Assembly: GCA_963823035.1 (NCBI GenBank) | Contig: CAWGKG010000013.1 | Location: 1 to 64,000, forward strand | Direction of reading: 5' to 3' | Source of the DNA: an uncultured Gemmatimonadales bacterium | GTDB taxonomy: Bacteria; Gemmatimonadota; Gemmatimonadetes; Longimicrobiales; Gaopeijiaceae | Length of the DNA stretch: 64,000 nt | In this document: positions 31,226 through 41,319 of the stretch, piece by piece | Numbering within the stretch: position 1 is the first letter of the stretch | Layout: every line of letters starts with the position of its first letter | The notes under the pieces: generated by a model | The model's input: the letters and a program-made list of their open reading frames with translations, nothing else | What the model was told of the DNA's origin: nothing | Database searches by the model: none | Made by a program: the position numbers and the translations under genes

Positions 31226-31614
31226 TGCGCCGCCGCGTAGGAGGTCAGGGCGTAGGAGGGTCCCTCGCCCGCCGTGATGGGGGCGAGCGCGACGTCGAGC
31301 TGACGCAGCAGGCCGGTCACCACGCTCACCGACACCGTCTCGCCGTACCCGATTCCTTCGACCGTGAGCGTGTCCAGCGTGGTGCCGACCGTGAGCGAGT
31401 CGAAGGCGAGGGACTCGAGCGAGTCGAGCCGTTCCTGCGCACGCACGACGAGCTCCGACGTCGTCGCGGCGTAGCGCATCTTCCTGGAGAGCGCCCCGGT
31501 CAGATCGAGGACCATCAGGACGCCCACCGAGAAGATCACGAGGGCAGCGATGACCTCGATGAGCGTGAAGCCCCGACGGGGCCGACCTGAGGAACGACAT
31601 GGTTCCGCGCTCAC
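31219..31614 (-). CDS. PilV/GspI-like minor pilin
   Basis: RRG|FTLIEVIAALVIFSVGVL. GTGA overlap with the upstream gene. Confidence 0.82.
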   Translation of the reverse strand: MSAEPCRSSGRPRRGFTLIEVIAALVIFSVGVLMVLDLTGALSRKMRYAATTSELVVRAQERLDSLESLAFDSLTVGTTLDTLTVEGIGYGETVSVSVVTGLLRQLDVALAPITAGEGPSYALTSYAAAHW

Positions 31615-32108
31615 CTCTCCTCGACCTTCGAGGCTCCCATGCTGTTGAAATAGACGCTGAATACCGTCGCCCCGAAGGCGAAACGCGCCTCCCCGAGCGA
31701 GCCCAGGCCGACGATGCCGGAAAGGTCCAGGATGCCCCGCGGTCCGACCGCCACGGTATCCCCGGCCATGCGCAGGTCGATGCCGCTGAGCGCGATATCC
31801 GCATTCGCGCCGAAGCGTCGTCTCACGAGCTCCCTCCCCGAGTTCTGCATCACGACCTGGTACCACCGGTTGCTCTCGTCGAAGCGCACCACGACCGTCT
31901 CTCGCGATCGCAGTGCAGCCGAGCGCGCGAGCGAAAGGTCCCTGGCGAATATCTGTCCTGCCTGACGGGCGGAAGACGCCCGAAAGTAGTCGCCGAACGT
32001 CAATCCGGCGAAGCCGAGCATCACCGCCGCCAGCACGAGGACGATCGTGACCTCCAGGAGCGTGAAGCCCCGTGGCCCCAGGCCGTCCGGATCGTTTCCG
32101 GCGTACAG
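31611..32108 (-). CDS. FimT/GspH-like minor pilin; start uncertain, candidate CTG
   Basis: PRG|FTLLEVTIVLVL lies upstream of the ORF-track start. DLSLARSAAL...VVVRF pattern. Confidence 0.8.
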   Translation of the reverse strand: MYAGNDPDGLGPRGFTLLEVTIVLVLAAVMLGFAGLTFGDYFRASSARQAGQIFARDLSLARSAALRSRETVVVRFDESNRWYQVVMQNSGRELVRRRFGANADIALSGIDLRMAGDTVAVGPRGILDLSGIVGLGSLGEARFAFGATVFSVYFNSMGASKVEER

Positions 32109-32313
32109 TTCGGTCTCCCTCTCTTTCTACCGTGCCCGCCTCCGGGTCTCTCGGGCGGGATACCTGATGGTCCAAAGATCCTTTCGCGGGGCCTGTCTCA
32201 CAACAGTCGCGGGGGCCGCGTCGATATGGATGTCCCGGTATCCATGGATTGGCGGGCCCTCTATCTTTGTGTCGAACTTGCCCATCCGACGCTGCGACAG
32301 GTAGGAGGAGCCG

Positions 32314-33879
32314 ATGATCGTGCGTTCCCGACCCGGGATGCTGGCCGCGCTGGTGATGGCCTCGATCCCGACCGTGGCGGTGGCCCAGCAGGTCGCCGTC
32401 GAGGACCCCGTGGTCGCCCATATCTGGGCCGAGGGCATGGAGCATTCGCAAGCGGAGCGCCTGGCGCAGACGTTCCTCGACTCGCTCGGACCGCGTCTGA
32501 CCGGCTCCCCGGAGTCGCTCGCGGCCTCGGACTGGATGATCCGGACGTATCGGTCGTGGGGCATCGAGGCGAGGCGCGAGGAATACGGCACCTGGGAAGG
32601 CTGGCGCCGGGGCGTCACGCACGTGGATCTCGTCGAGCCGAGGGTGCGCACGCTCGAAGCCACCATGCTCGCCTGGAGCCCGGGCACGGACGGATCGGTG
32701 CGCGGCCCCGTCGTGCTCCTCCCCGAGGTGAGGAGCGCGGCGGACTTCGAAGCGTTCGCCGCCACGGCGAAGGGCCGATTCGTGCTCCTCTCCGCGCCAC
32801 AGCCCACCTGCAGACCCGACGCGAACTGGGAGGAGTACGGCACGCCCGAGTCCTTCCAGGCGATGAAGGACGCGCGCGCGGCCGCCGCCCAGGGATGGGC
32901 CGATCGTCTGAGCGCGACCGGCCTGCCCACGGCCAACGACGTGGCGCGGCGACTCGAGGACGCCGGCGCGGCGGGCATCTTCACCTCGCGTTGGTCCGCG
33001 GGGTGGGGGGTCCAGAAGATCTTCTCCGCGGCCACGGAGAAAGTGCCCACCATCGACGTGAGCTGCGAGGACTACGGCCTGCTCGCGCGCCTGGCCGGAA
33101 ACGGCCAGGGGCCGGTGGTCGAGGTGCGGGCCGAGGCCGAGAGCCTCGGTGAAGTGCCCACCTGGAACACGATCGGCACTCTTCCGGGGCGCGACCTGCC
33201 GAACGAGTACGTGATCCTCTCCGCGCACTTCGATTCGTGGGACGGAGGCTCCGGCGCCACCGACAACGGTACGGGGACCATCACCATGATGGAGGCGATG
33301 CGCATCCTGAAAGCCGCGTATCCCAACCCGAGGCGCACGATCCTGGTAGGCCACTGGAACAGCGAGGAGCAAGGGCTGAACGGGTCGCGGGCCTTCGTGG
33401 CGGATCATCCCGACATCATCGAGAACGCCCAGGCCGTCTTCAACCAGGACAACGGCACCGGGCGCGTCACGAACATCTCCATGCAGGGGTTCACCGGCGT
33501 GGCGCCGTACTTCGCCGAGTGGTTCGCCAAGGTGCCCCAGGAGATCACGCAGTACATCGAACTGCGCATCCCCGGCACGCCGGGGGGCGGGGGCAGCGAC
33601 TACGCCTCGTTCGTGTGCGCGGACGTTCCGGCCTTCGGCCTCAGCTCGCTGAGCTGGGACTACGGCACGTACACATGGCACACGAATCGCGACACCTTCG
33701 ACAAGGTCGTCATGGACGATCTGAAGAACAACGCGACCCTGACGGCGGCGCTCGCCTACCTCGCGTCCGAGGATCCCGAACGGCTCCCACGTGACAAGGC
33801 CATCCTGCCGATGAACCCCCGCACCGGACAGCGGATGACGTGGCCCGTGTGCCGCGACGGCGCCCGGAGTCGCAACTGA
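32314..33879 (+). CDS. Secreted M28-family peptidase (carboxypeptidase Q-like)
   Basis: Signal peptide, GPRLTGS, SAHFDSWD, GATDNGTG, SEEQGLNGS, GSDY, WHTNRDT. GGAGGAG RBS. Confidence 0.92.
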   Translation: MIVRSRPGMLAALVMASIPTVAVAQQVAVEDPVVAHIWAEGMEHSQAERLAQTFLDSLGPRLTGSPESLAASDWMIRTYRSWGIEARREEYGTWEGWRRGVTHVDLVEPRVRTLEATMLAWSPGTDGSVRGPVVLLPEVRSAADFEAFAATAKGRFVLLSAPQPTCRPDANWEEYGTPESFQAMKDARAAAAQGWADRLSATGLPTANDVARRLEDAGAAGIFTSRWSAGWGVQKIFSAATEKVPTIDVSCEDYGLLARLAGNGQGPVVEVRAEAESLGEVPTWNTIGTLPGRDLPNEYVILSAHFDSWDGGSGATDNGTGTITMMEAMRILKAAYPNPRRTILVGHWNSEEQGLNGSRAFVADHPDIIENAQAVFNQDNGTGRVTNISMQGFTGVAPYFAEWFAKVPQEITQYIELRIPGTPGGGGSDYASFVCADVPAFGLSSLSWDYGTYTWHTNRDTFDKVVMDDLKNNATLTAALAYLASEDPERLPRDKAILPMNPRTGQRMTWPVCRDGARSRN

Positions 33880-34448
33880 TCCGCTGGCTCGCGCTCCCTC
33901 TGCTGCTGGCGCTCGCGCGACCCCAGCTCGCCGCGGGCCAGCGGGAGACGGACGCCAGGGCAGGTGTGGAGGCCGGGCTCAAGCTGGGTAGCGTCCAGGG
34001 CGACGCGACCGTGTTCGCGGGAGGCGTGGGCCTGATCGACCTCGGTGGTCGTGTGGCGTTCGGCGGGGGGGGATGGCTGGCCCTGGGCGCGGTGCGCATC
34101 GCCACCGGCCGGCCGGACACGGACAAGAACCTGCACCTCGCCTACGCCGGCGTGGTGGCGGAAACCGAGATCCGACGCGGCCCCGACTGGGACGTGCGCG
34201 CACGCGCCCTCATCGGCGCGGGCAACGCGAGAGTCTCCGATCGCCTCATCGGCATACAACTCGGCGCCGACAACTTCGGCATCGTCGAGCCCGAGATCGC
34301 GGGGTCCTGGCACCTCGGAGGCGTCGCCTGGCTGACGGGCGGGCTCGGCTATCGATTCACGTTCGGCGTCGAGGACCTGCCGGCCATTTCGGGCGACACC
34401 TTTCGCGGCGTGTCGCTGAGGGTCGGGATCACCCTTCGCTCCTTCTGA
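33876..34448 (+). CDS. Small outer-membrane beta-barrel-like protein; start uncertain (CTG 33876 or GTG 33840)
   Basis: Signal peptide, alternating hydrophobic strands, GLGYRF and a C-terminal Phe. Confidence 0.6.
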   Translation: MIRWLALPLLLALARPQLAAGQRETDARAGVEAGLKLGSVQGDATVFAGGVGLIDLGGRVAFGGGGWLALGAVRIATGRPDTDKNLHLAYAGVVAETEIRRGPDWDVRARALIGAGNARVSDRLIGIQLGADNFGIVEPEIAGSWHLGGVAWLTGGLGYRFTFGVEDLPAISGDTFRGVSLRVGITLRSF

Positions 34449-34610
34449 TCGCGGCAAGGGGAAGACCCCGCCCCGACTTTACCGATAGAGCGCGCGACTG
34501 TCGTGCGACAAATATCCTTCAATCACTTGACAATATCGCGGCTCGGTGCGATTTCCTTCTATCCCTTAACATAGTGCATGAGCCCCCACGCGCACACGGA
34601 GCATCCAACT

Positions 34611-35027
34611 GTGGCGAACGTCGAAGACAAGGTCATGACGGCAGTCGAGGCCGCGCTCAAGAAGAACCCCCAAGCATCCGTGGACGAGCTGTACGCCATG
34701 GCGAAGGGAATCAACTCGGGTATCGGCAAGCTGTCCAAGCGCCAGTTCCACGCTCGCTATCCTCTCCAGGTGAAGCGTAGGTCTGGACCGGCCAAGGCGA
34801 AGAAGGCGGGTCGCAAGAAGGCCGCCACCAGGCGTGCCCGACCCAAGGCCGCTCCGGCCGCTCCGGCCGCCGCCAGCGGATCGGCGCGCGACTCCGTGCG
34901 CGGCATCCTCCTCCGCTTCGCCTCCGACCTCGCCGGGGCCGAAGCGCGCAAGGACGTCGTGAAGGTCGTGGCGGGTGTGGACCGCTACGTGGCCGAGGTC
35001 ATCAAGGCGACGGGGGCGGCCAAGTAG
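34611..35027 (+). CDS. Small basic hypothetical protein with K/A/R-rich linker
   Basis: GGAG before GTG, biased codons, AKAKKAGRKKAATRRARPKAAPAAPAAA between two helical-looking segments. Confidence 0.75.
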   Translation: MANVEDKVMTAVEAALKKNPQASVDELYAMAKGINSGIGKLSKRQFHARYPLQVKRRSGPAKAKKAGRKKAATRRARPKAAPAAPAAASGSARDSVRGILLRFASDLAGAEARKDVVKVVAGVDRYVAEVIKATGAAK

Positions 35028-38000
35028 GCCGCGGCTGAACAGCCGCCGCGGCGGCGCGCTCCCCAAAGGCCGCCAACTCGCGCACGGCCACCGCCGCGCC
35101 CGCGAGTCCTACGCCGTCCTCCGAGCGCAGCTCCGAGGCGACGCCTTTGTAGCGCTCCATGTCCCGATCACCGGAACCGAGGAGCGCGGACGCCGCGGCA
35201 TCGATACCGTCGCTTCCGGCACGCGTGAGCAACGCCATGGTGAGCTTCCTGTGCGCGCGCGACAGGTCGTCCGCCAGCGCCTGAGCCGCGCGTTGCTCCC
35301 ACTGTCCACCGCCCGCGGAGGCGAACGAAGTGCGTCGTAGCCAAGGGATCTCGAGCGCTTCTGAGACGGCGTAGTACGCCTTCCCCGTCGCCGTCGGCCG
35401 GGAGCCGGTCGCGCGGGCGATCTGGAGGATCTCGAGGAGTTGGTCGAGGAAGCGCAGCGTGATGAGGTTGCGCGAGAAGTCGTCGTCTGCGCCCAGCGCG
35501 CGGATCTCGCGGACACGCTCGTCGTACAGCCCGCGTTCCTCGCCCGCTACGATGGCGTCGAAGTCGTGGCGCAGCTGCGCGAGCCCGCCGAGGTTCTCGT
35601 CCACGACGCGGGCCGGCGACTGGCCGGGATCCACGTTCTGCAACACCCAACGTGTCGTGCGCTCGAGCACGCGGCCGAGACCCAGAAGCCATCGGTACGC
35701 GACGCGCACGTCCAGCGCGCTCTGCTGGCGTGCCATCTCGTGCAGCAGGGCCCGGTGCTCGGCCAGGCGCGCCGCTACCAGCCACGCGCGCACGACCTCC
35801 TCCGCGGAGCGCCCCGTGTCGCGTGACACGCGGTTCACGAACGTGGCTCCCATCAGGTCCACGAGGTCGTTCGTGACCTGCCCGGCGATGATCTCCCTGC
35901 GCAGGCGATGCCCTTCGAGCGCATCGGCTGCAGCTCGGATCGCCTCGCCCGGGAAATATCCCAGCAGGTAGCTCTCGGTGATCGGGTCGTCCGGCAGCGG
36001 GCCGCGCAGCAGATTGGTCTTGAGCGAGAGCTTCGCGTAGGCGAGCAGGACGCACAGCTCCGGCCGCACCAACTGCGTGGCGCCGCTCTCCGCGCGCTCC
36101 ACCAGAACGTCGGTGGACGGCAGCCCCTCGGCCGCCCGGTTCAGCTCGCCCGCCTTCTCGAGCGACATCATGAGCTCGCGAAAGCCGTCCACGGACTCCT
36201 TCGCCCTCATCTCGTCCAGCGAAATCGCGAGGCTCTGCGACCGGTTGTCCTCGAGCACCAGACGCGCCACGTCCTCGGTGAGCCTCTCGAGGAGCGCGTT
36301 CCGCGCGGCCTCGTCCATTCCGCCCGTGGCGACCAGCTGGGCGAGGAGGATCTTGAGGTTCACCTCGTGGTCGGACATGTCCACGCCGCCGGAGTTGTCC
36401 ATCGCGTCGGTGTTGACCTTGCCGCCACGCAGGTCGAACTCGATGCGCGCACGCTGCGTGAACCCGAGATTGCCGCCCTCGCCCACCGCCTCGCAGCGCA
36501 GCTCGTCCACATTGATGCGCACCGCGTCGTTCGACGAATCCCCGGCGTCGGCGTGTGTCTCCGCGGCCGACTTCACGTACGTACCGATCCCCCCGTTCCA
36601 GAGCAACTCCACCGGCGCGCTCAGCACGGCGCGGATGAGCGTCTCCCCGTCCACCACCTCGGGGAAGTGCTCGGGCACCCCCAGGGCCCTCCGGGCCTCC
36701 GGGGTGAGCTCCACCTCCTTCGCTCCCCGCGGCACGATCATCCCGCCCGCGCTCAGGAGGCTCTGGTCGTAGTCGGACCAGCTCGAGCGGCCCAGCGCGA
36801 AGACGCGCTCACGCTCGGCGAAGGTGGGCGCGGGCTCCGGATCGGGATCGATGAAGACATGCCGGTGGTCGAAGGCGGCGATGAGGCGGATCTGCCGCGA
36901 CAGGAGCATCCCGTTCCCGAAGACGTCACCGCTCATGTCGCCGATGCCGACGACGGTGAACGGCTCCTCCTGGATGTCCTTCCCCTTCTCGCGGAAGTGC
37001 CGCTTCACGCACTCCCACGCGCCGCGCGCCGTGATGCCCACGGCCTTGTGGTCGTATCCGTTGGAGCCGCCGGACGCGAAGGCGTCCCCGAGCCAGAAGC
37101 CGTACTCGGCGGACACCGCGTTGGCCAGATCCGAGAAGGTGGCCGTGCCCTTGTCGGCCGCGACGACCAGATAGGGATCGGGCGCGTCGAAGCACACCAC
37201 GTCGGGCGGCGGGATGGTGCCCCCCGCGGGATCGAGGTTGTCGGTCAGGTCCAGGAGCCCACGCGCGAGCGTGCGGTACTGGTCCTTCCCCTCCTCGATG
37301 CGGGCCTCCGGGTCGGCGAGTTGCCTTCGGGTCACGAACCCGCCCTTCGAGCCGCCCGGGACGATCACGGCGTTCTTCACCACCTGCGTCTTCACGAGAC
37401 CCAGGATCTCGGTACGGAAGTCGTCCGGCCGGTCGCTCCAGCGGATGCCGCCGCGCGCCACCCGTGCGCCGCGCAGGTGCACGCCTTCCATGCGCGAGGA
37501 GTGCACCCACACCTCGTAGAGGAGGCGCGTCTGCTGGAGGAACTCGATGTCGCGGCACGAGAACTTGAACGAGATGAAGGGCACGCCGCCCGATCGGAAC
37601 GTCGGCGTGCATCCGCCGCGCCGGTAGAAGTTCGTGCGCAGCGTGCCGCCGATGAGCGCCTCGAGGCGCCGCAGGGCCCGATCGTCCGCGAGCGCGGTCA
37701 CGCCCCGGAGCGATCCGTGGAAGGCCGCGCGGATGTCGTCCGCGATCGCCGCCCGCTCCTCGAGCGAGCTGCCCGCTCCGGGATCGAAACGCGTCTGGAA
37801 CAGCTCGAAGAGCTCGCGGGCGATCCCCGGGTACCTCACCAGGGCCGAGGGAAGCGCCATGCGGCTGGGTACCGCGCCGGCCTGGAAGGCGTACCCGGCG
37901 TAGGCGCGCAGCACGTCCACCTCACGCCAGTGCAGCCCCGCGCCCAGCACGAGCCGGTTGAGCGTGTCGCTGAGCGCGTCGCCGCCCCGGACCGCGAGGA

Positions 38001-39958
38001 TGGTCTCGGCCAGGAGGGCGCCACGCGCGTCGATGTCCAGGGGGCGCCTGTCGGCGTCCTGAACGGCGAAGGCGTAGATGGTCGCGCCCGCCGGGCCCCC
38101 GCCGCGTACGTCGAACGGCGCGACGGCGATCACGCGCAGCCCCGCGTTCTCGAGGATGGGCAGGAAGTCCGAGAGGATGAGGCGCTCGCCGCGCAGGTAC
38201 ACCTTCAGCTCGGTGACCGCCTCCACGCCGGGGGCGGCGACGGCGAAGCCACGGTTGGCGAAGCCGATCGAGATGGTCTGGTCCTCCGCCTCCATCCCCT
38301 CCAGCTCGAGGAGGTCCGTGACCGCGATGTCCGGATCGGTGGCGGCCTGGTACTCGGGGCCGAAGCCCTCGCCGTAGAGGCGCGCCAGACGGCGGGCCTC
38401 GTCGGCCGGGCGCACCCGCTCGAGCCCCTCGCGCACGCGGTCCGCCCACGAGCGGATGATGCGCTCCACGAGCTGCTCGACCTCGGCCGCGTGCACCTCG
38501 CGCAGGCGGTCCGGTCGGGTGGCCAGATAGAAGTGGAGGCGCGCCTGGTCGCCTTCGCCGAGCGCGAGGTGGTAGTTCAGGATCTCCCCGTCCAGCACGC
38601 GGACGAGCGCGGACTCGAGCGCCTTGCGGGCCTCCCCCGAGAACTTGTCCTTGGGGAGGATCACCATGACGGACGCGCCGCGTTGCAGCGGGTCCTCGCG
38701 TAGCGTGACGCGCACGCCCGCCGTGTTGTAGGACGTGAGCACCGTGCGGATGTCGGCGCCCGCCTCTCCCGCCGAGACGAGGAAGAGCTCCTCTTTCGGG
38801 AGGGAGTTGAAGATCGTGATGATCTCCTTGTAGTCGTGGGATCCCTCGCGGACGCCCGACTCCTCCAGGATCTGGCGCAGCTTGAGCCGCAGGATCGGGA
38901 TGTTCTCCGCGTCCTCCGAGTACGCCTTCGAGGTGAAGAGACCGATGAAGCGATGCTCGCCCGCCACACTTCCGTCCGCGTCGAGCTTCTTCACGCCGAT
39001 GTAGTCCATGCGCGCGCGCCGGTGGACGGTCGACTCGGCGTTGGTCTTGCTGATGATCAGGAGCGGTCCCTGCTCGATCAGGGAGCGTTGGCCCTCCTCG
39101 ACCTCCGAGAGCGGCACCGGCTGCGCGAAGGTGGAATCCGACTCGTCGCGCAGCACGCCGCGCCCCGAACCCGGCGCGACGACGATGCATCGACCCCTCC
39201 CCTCCCGCTCCACCAGGTCGTAGCCGCGGTAGCCCAGGAAGACGAAGCCGCCGTCCCGCAGCCAGCGCAGGAAGTCCTGGATCTCGTGGACCTCGGTGCG
39301 CCGCTCCTCGAGCGAGCGCCCCGCGCTCCTCCAGCTCCGTCACGACCTCGTTGACGGCCTCGATCATGCGCGGGAAGTCGTCCGTGGCGGCCACCACGTC
39401 CTCGAGACGATGCTGCAGCGCCTCACGCAGGGCCGTCCGGGCCTCCGCGTCGTTGATCTGCACGACCTCGCAGTGCACCAGCGATTCGCGCGTCTCCCCC
39501 TCGCGCGACGGGCGCACCGCGACGGGTGTCCCGCTCTCGTCGCGCTCGACGTCGAGCACCGGGTAGATGATGTACTCGATCGCGAGCTCCTGCGCGTGCA
39601 GGTGCTCACGGATCGTGTCCACGACGAACGGGCGCTCGGAGATGTTCGTCCGCACCACCGTGACCGGCGCGTACCACCCCTCGACCGCGACGTCGGGGTT
39701 CTGCACCTCCACGTCGACGCGATCGGGGCGCGACCGCTGCAGGAAGCGGAAAGCGCCGAGCGCAAGGTGCGCGAGGGCGTCCGTGCTGCGCTCGTGCAGG
39801 AACTCGGGGGAGGCCTTCGAGAAGAAGATCTCCGCGAACTCGACCACCAGCTTGGCCTCGGTGGGGTCCACCTGGCGCTCGAGCTGGCGGCAGACGGCGT
39901 CCACCGTGGGAGAGTCCCGGCGAAGACGTCGTACGGCGGTTTCGGTGGTATCGCTCAT
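35002..39958 (-). CDS. Large NAD-specific glutamate dehydrogenase (GdhB/GDH2 type); apparent frameshift near 39310
   Basis: EGVHLRGARVARGGIRWSDRPDDFRTEILGL, KNAVIVPGGSKGGF, YLVVAADKGTATFSD, GIGDMSGDVFGNGML, DNSGGVDMSDHEVNLKI. Confidence 0.93.
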
Positions 39959-40065
39959 AAGAGAGGTAAGATATCGAATCCTCGTGCGCGGTGAAGCAGG
40001 AATCTCCTGCGGGCGCGCCGGATTCTCGAATTCCCTCGCCCCGCGCCGCCCACTACCTTCGCTCC

Positions 40066-41319
40066 ATGCGTTTCGTGCACCTTGCCGACGTCCACCTGGA
40101 CACCTCGTTCGCCGGCCGTTCCGAGTCCGTCCGCCGGCGCCTGCGAGCCGCCTCGCGCGAGGCATTCCGGGGCGCCGTCGACCTGGCCATCCGGGAAGAC
40201 GTGCAGGCCGTCCTGGTGGCCGGCGACCTCTTCGATTCCGAGCGGCTCTCCTTCTCGACCGAGCGTTTCCTCCTCGAGCAGGCGCACCGCCTGGGGGACC
40301 ATGGCATCACGTTCGTCTACGCCAGCGGGAACCACGATCCCGGAGCCCCCGAGGTGGGGCCGCGGCCGCTGGCCTGGCCGGCCAACGTCCGGGTCGCCGC
40401 CGACCGCACCCCGCAGCGCATCGCCATCCACGACCACGACGGCCGCACAGTGGGCTACGTCACCGCCGTCGGGCATGCTTCGGCGAGAGAGAAGGAGGAC
40501 CTGTCGCGCGGCTTCCCGCGCCCCCGCGGCGAGCTTCCCGAGGTGGCCCTCCTGCACACGCAGGTGCACACGTCCCGGGGGGCGGAGGCGCACCACGTTT
40601 ACGCGCCCTCGGAGCTGGCCTTCCTGACCCGCTCCGGGTACGACTACTGGGCGCTGGGCCACGTGCACGTGCGCCAGATGCTCTCGGAGGACCCTCCGGT
40701 CGCCTACGCCGGGAGCCTTCAGGGACGCACGCACGCCGACACCGGTCCGCGCGGGGCCCTCCTGGTGGATCTCGCCGACCGCGCGGCACCCGCCGTGTCC
40801 TTCCGGCCGCTGGCCCCCGTCCGCTGGGAGACGCTGCGCGTCGACGGCCTCCGGGACGCGGACTCCCTCGATCGCCTGGAGCGCCGTGTCGTGGCGGCGT
40901 GGGAGGCAGCCGGCGAGGAGGCGCCCGCCCCACCGGGAACGGAGTGGATGGTGCGCGTGATCCTCCTGGGCCCGTCGCCGCTCTGGCGCGAGCTCCGCCA
41001 GGAGGAGAGCCGGGAGCTGCTGGCGAACGAGCTCCGCGAGCTGATCGGGGTGCTCGAGGTCACGGTGTGGACGGACGGCGTCCACCCACCCGTGCCGGTG
41101 GAGGAGCACCGCCGGCGCCCCGACGTGCTCGGGGAGGCGCTGCGACTCCTCGATGCCGTACGCCGCGGCGAGGAGCGCCTCGACGCGCTCGATCCGGGCG
41201 AGTTGGCGGGCCTCACGTCCGAGGATCCCCGTGCCGTGGAACGCTACGTACGCCACCTCCTCGACGGCGTCGACGGGGAGCTCGCGGCGAGGCTTCTGGG
41301 CTCGGGCGACGCCCCGTGA
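40066..41319 (+). CDS. Mre11/SbcD-like metallophosphoesterase (YhaO type)
   Basis: ADVHLD, AGDLFD, GNHD, LLH, WALGHVH, YAGSLQGR. Confidence 0.9.
   Translation: MRFVHLADVHLDTSFAGRSESVRRRLRAASREAFRGAVDLAIREDVQAVLVAGDLFDSERLSFSTERFLLEQAHRLGDHGITFVYASGNHDPGAPEVGPRPLAWPANVRVAADRTPQRIAIHDHDGRTVGYVTAVGHASAREKEDLSRGFPRPRGELPEVALLHTQVHTSRGAEAHHVYAPSELAFLTRSGYDYWALGHVHVRQMLSEDPPVAYAGSLQGRTHADTGPRGALLVDLADRAAPAVSFRPLAPVRWETLRVDGLRDADSLDRLERRVVAAWEAAGEEAPAPPGTEWMVRVILLGPSPLWRELRQEESRELLANELRELIGVLEVTVWTDGVHPPVPVEEHRRRPDVLGEALRLLDAVRRGEERLDALDPGELAGLTSEDPRAVERYVRHLLDGVDGELAARLLGSGDAP

Noticed and set aside
32226..32245. ATGGAT-N8-ATCCAT palindrome between the pilin cassette and the M28 gene
   Set aside because: Only 6-bp arms, with no second copy or other support.
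35908..38703. Long antisense ORFs here and opposite most genes
   Set aside because: Expected shadow ORFs in high-GC coding DNA. They have no motifs and show the composition of reverse-complemented codons.
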